Shown one piece after another: positions 61,454 through 64,000 of a DNA stretch of 64,000 nt (position 1 is its first letter; each line of letters begins with the position of its first letter). The notes below the pieces were generated by a model that was not told the origin of the DNA, ran no database searches, and saw nothing but the letters and a program-made list of their open reading frames with translations. The DNA lies in the NCBI GenBank assembly GCA_964106915.2, contig OZ066915.1; one strand, written 5' to 3'. Made by a program: the position numbers and the translations under genes. The DNA comes from Podarcis gaigeae (taxonomy: Eukaryota).

Positions 61454-63924
61454 CTGAGGGAGCAAAGGGAAAGCAGCCACTAAATGGGAGAAGTCCTACT
61501 AAGTTGGGTTCTTCTTGCTTCGAAAGCTAGGCAGAAGGGTCAAACTTGCCATCTGTGAGCTCGGTTCCAACCTTATTTTTTTTCTATTACTGCACCATAT
61601 TAATTCCTGGCAGTGGTTATAGTCCGTCTTACTGTCCACCACACATTGCAGAGAAAATGACATTTCCCCTCAGGAATCTAAATTCTTCAACAGCTAATCT
61701 AAACTCATGGAAAACTATTGTCATGGCCCACGTAACACGGTGACTGTGAAACTATAGATGGTACGGTGGTGGTTTCCAACACCAGACCACGGTACCCAAT
61801 GGTGCCGCCTGGAACGTGAAAGATGGGGGTGATGCCAACCTAGAACATGTACAATGCCACCAAACTTCTGGGCCTCTTAGAAAGTAAAGGATTGCAATTC
61901 AGTTGAGGCCCATGCGAAAGTCAGCAAGAAAGTCACTCTATGCACGGTGACTGTTTGAATGCCCTATGCCATATGTTTCAATCTACAGATGCACTCTATG
62001 GCGGGAGAGCAATGCTAACACAGAAGGGCTCCACATGATGAGGGAAAGTCACGTAAAAATCGGCTTTCAGCCATTACAGTCACCGCACAGAACACAGCCA
62101 TGTGGAAGCGATTTTCATGCTGAGACTCACTAGCAGCCGGTATATGGTGGGACTCAGTTGCAAAGCCATCAGTGCATCTGCCCCATCTAAACTCATGGCT
62201 GTCCTGCCCTACCGGTGTTGGGAAGGCACCTCTCCAGCTCTGCCCTTCCACACCACCTACTGCTGTTGGGAATAAAGCATGTAAAGCAGACCTGGGGCCA
62301 GCCCTACCATTAGACAGGGTGAGAAAACATCTCTAGGGTGGCAGCTTTACTATTACAGGGCAGCGCAATGTCAAACTATTTAGGTTTTCACCACAATGGA
62401 GTAACACACCCTGCCTCTGTGTTGCCACACATATGCATGTCTATTCTAGGGGTCCCCCCCCCAACTTCCCTTCCTGAACTTCTTGCACCTCTCATGTTTC
62501 AGCTGAACTGCAGTGGCCACCTTTCTTCTAGCAATTATCCTGTTCCTTCAGCATCAACCAGCAAAGTGTTTAACCAGTTAAAGTTTCTCTTTGCTTGGAA
62601 AATTCACCTGTGAATTTCTGTCTGCCATGGAAAAATCACAGGAAGGAAGGTAGCAACCCTAGATTCTCATACGTCCTGGCCATTCTACACTCCTTTTGCA
62701 AGCTCAGAACCACCCTATTCCCTTCTATCTCAATACAATATAAATTAAAATCTCCTTCCCCATCCTAATTCATTCCCTGCAAACATGCAGAACTTTACAA
62801 GGCAGTTAATTCGTACAACGTTAGGAACATTCGGTTCTGTAACAGAAAGACAAATTGATGGCGACTTAACTTGACATTTGCCAAAAAAAAAAAAAAAATT
62901 GATTTCACCCGACATCTCTGTAATATTCTGTTCATCCTCCATCTCTTTTTGTTCTCTCTCTCTTCTTTCTTGTCTCTTTCATCCACAACGCGGTTCATAT
63001 TGATCTTATTTAAAGAAACCTTTAAAGCCATTTCTTTTACCTTTATACCTCAGCAAGAATTTTTCATTGTTATGTCATCAGATCGCCTCTTTTTTTTTAC
63101 TTCCTTCCTCCCATAACAAAATAATAGCCTGCCTTCCATATACTCACATATACCCCATCACCACCAGCACCTCCAGCCTATTGTTAAATGTCTTGTATTT
63201 GGTCCCTGCGTTTATTATTGATTCATACTTGTTCCTTGCCTTGCTTCCTTATGCTTCTGTGTGGTCCTAGCTTTGCTGCACAGGAGCGAAGATGAATTAC
63301 CCGGGATTTGCAAACACATTAAATGAATTACACCCGCAGTTAGACAGTGGCAGATAAATTCAGCCATCCATCAGCTCTGCTAGGTGGGAAAAAAAATTAT
63401 GAGCAAGATACTTGAGCTATAAAATGATAAAAGCGACAACAATAACAACAGGGAACATCCTGCCAGATTAAGTTTAATTTAATGGGATTAGAAAAGCAAA
63501 TAGAGCCTAGGAATTTCCGGCTTCTGACAGATGGATCACAGTCTGAGTACCTCATGTTGTCAAGGTAACTGGCTAATTTGACAAGATGGGTCCTTTCTTT
63601 TGCACTACAAAGCTTTGCACTCATGCATAGTGTTAAAGAGAGGGGAAGGATTGAGACCCCAAATTTATCTAGATGCTCTGGTCGATTGGATACACTGGAC
63701 TTCAGATGAAAATGAAATTTCCTCAGAATATTTAGGTGCTGTTACTGTATTGATATCACTAGCACAAAGCATCTTGTTTTAAGTTTTATGGTTGTTGGTT
63801 TTTTAAAAAAAATAATCTGGAAATTATTAGGAAGATATACAGATAAGAGAAGAGCAATTCATAATGTCCTAAATTATTTGACCAGTAACATGCTGTCAAG
63901 GAACCACAATCAACCTTTGGGAGT

Positions 63925-63926
<2 letters not shown>

Positions 63927-63960
<34 letters not shown>
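63927..63960. repeat. (GA)n microsatellite
   Basis: Direct reading. Confidence 0.97.
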
Positions 63961-63968
<8 letters not shown>

Positions 63969-64000
63969 TGTACATACCATCGAAAGCCTGAAATCATTTT

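Noticed and set aside
62790-62860. Strong-looking acceptor tttgtctttctgttacag in intron 4, as exon 4 or an extra exon
   Set aside because: The translation does not resemble Cav3 exon 4 (RTVRVLRPLRAINRVP) and no good in-frame donor follows.
1-64000. CRISPR arrays, operons, rRNA or other prokaryotic-type systems
   Set aside because: The sequence is vertebrate intron/exon DNA; its repeats are microsatellites and dispersed TEs, not repeat-spacer arrays.

Overview
Eukaryotic (vertebrate) genomic DNA from a squamate reptile, probably a lacertid-type lizard (Sauria SINEs, BovB, CR1, L2, Penelope and MITE fragments). The whole window lies inside one minus-strand gene, the T-type Ca2+ channel CACNA1G (Cav3.1). 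I can place 13 consecutive coding exons (exons 5-17 by human numbering) with canonical AG/GT boundaries and consistent phases, covering domain I S4-S5 linker to S6, the poly-His I-II loop, all of domain II and most of the II-III loop. The 69-nt cassette exon 14 is included, although it is invisible in the ORF track. A 34.5-kb intron 9 (15458-49986) holds most of the repeats and a 200-N scaffold gap. The most interesting signals: (1) a sense-oriented minimal hammerhead ribozyme motif in a 100-bp Penelope-derived insertion with a 14-bp duplication; (2) a candidate in-frame 27-nt microexon (KGKLGVQKQ) between exons 14 and 15; (3) a ~220-nt AG-exclusion zone with a distant branch point ahead of exon 14; (4) a CpG-rich LTR-like promoter cassette with a perfect CTCGCGAG-containing hairpin beside the gap; (5) a 68-bp near-perfect palindrome at the truncation point of an L2 element; (6) tandem-donor and re-splicing signals at exons 16/17. 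There are no prokaryotic systems, CRISPR arrays or rRNA genes, and nearly all other ORFs in the track are spurious. Family assignments and comparisons with human CACNA1G are from recall, not from searches.
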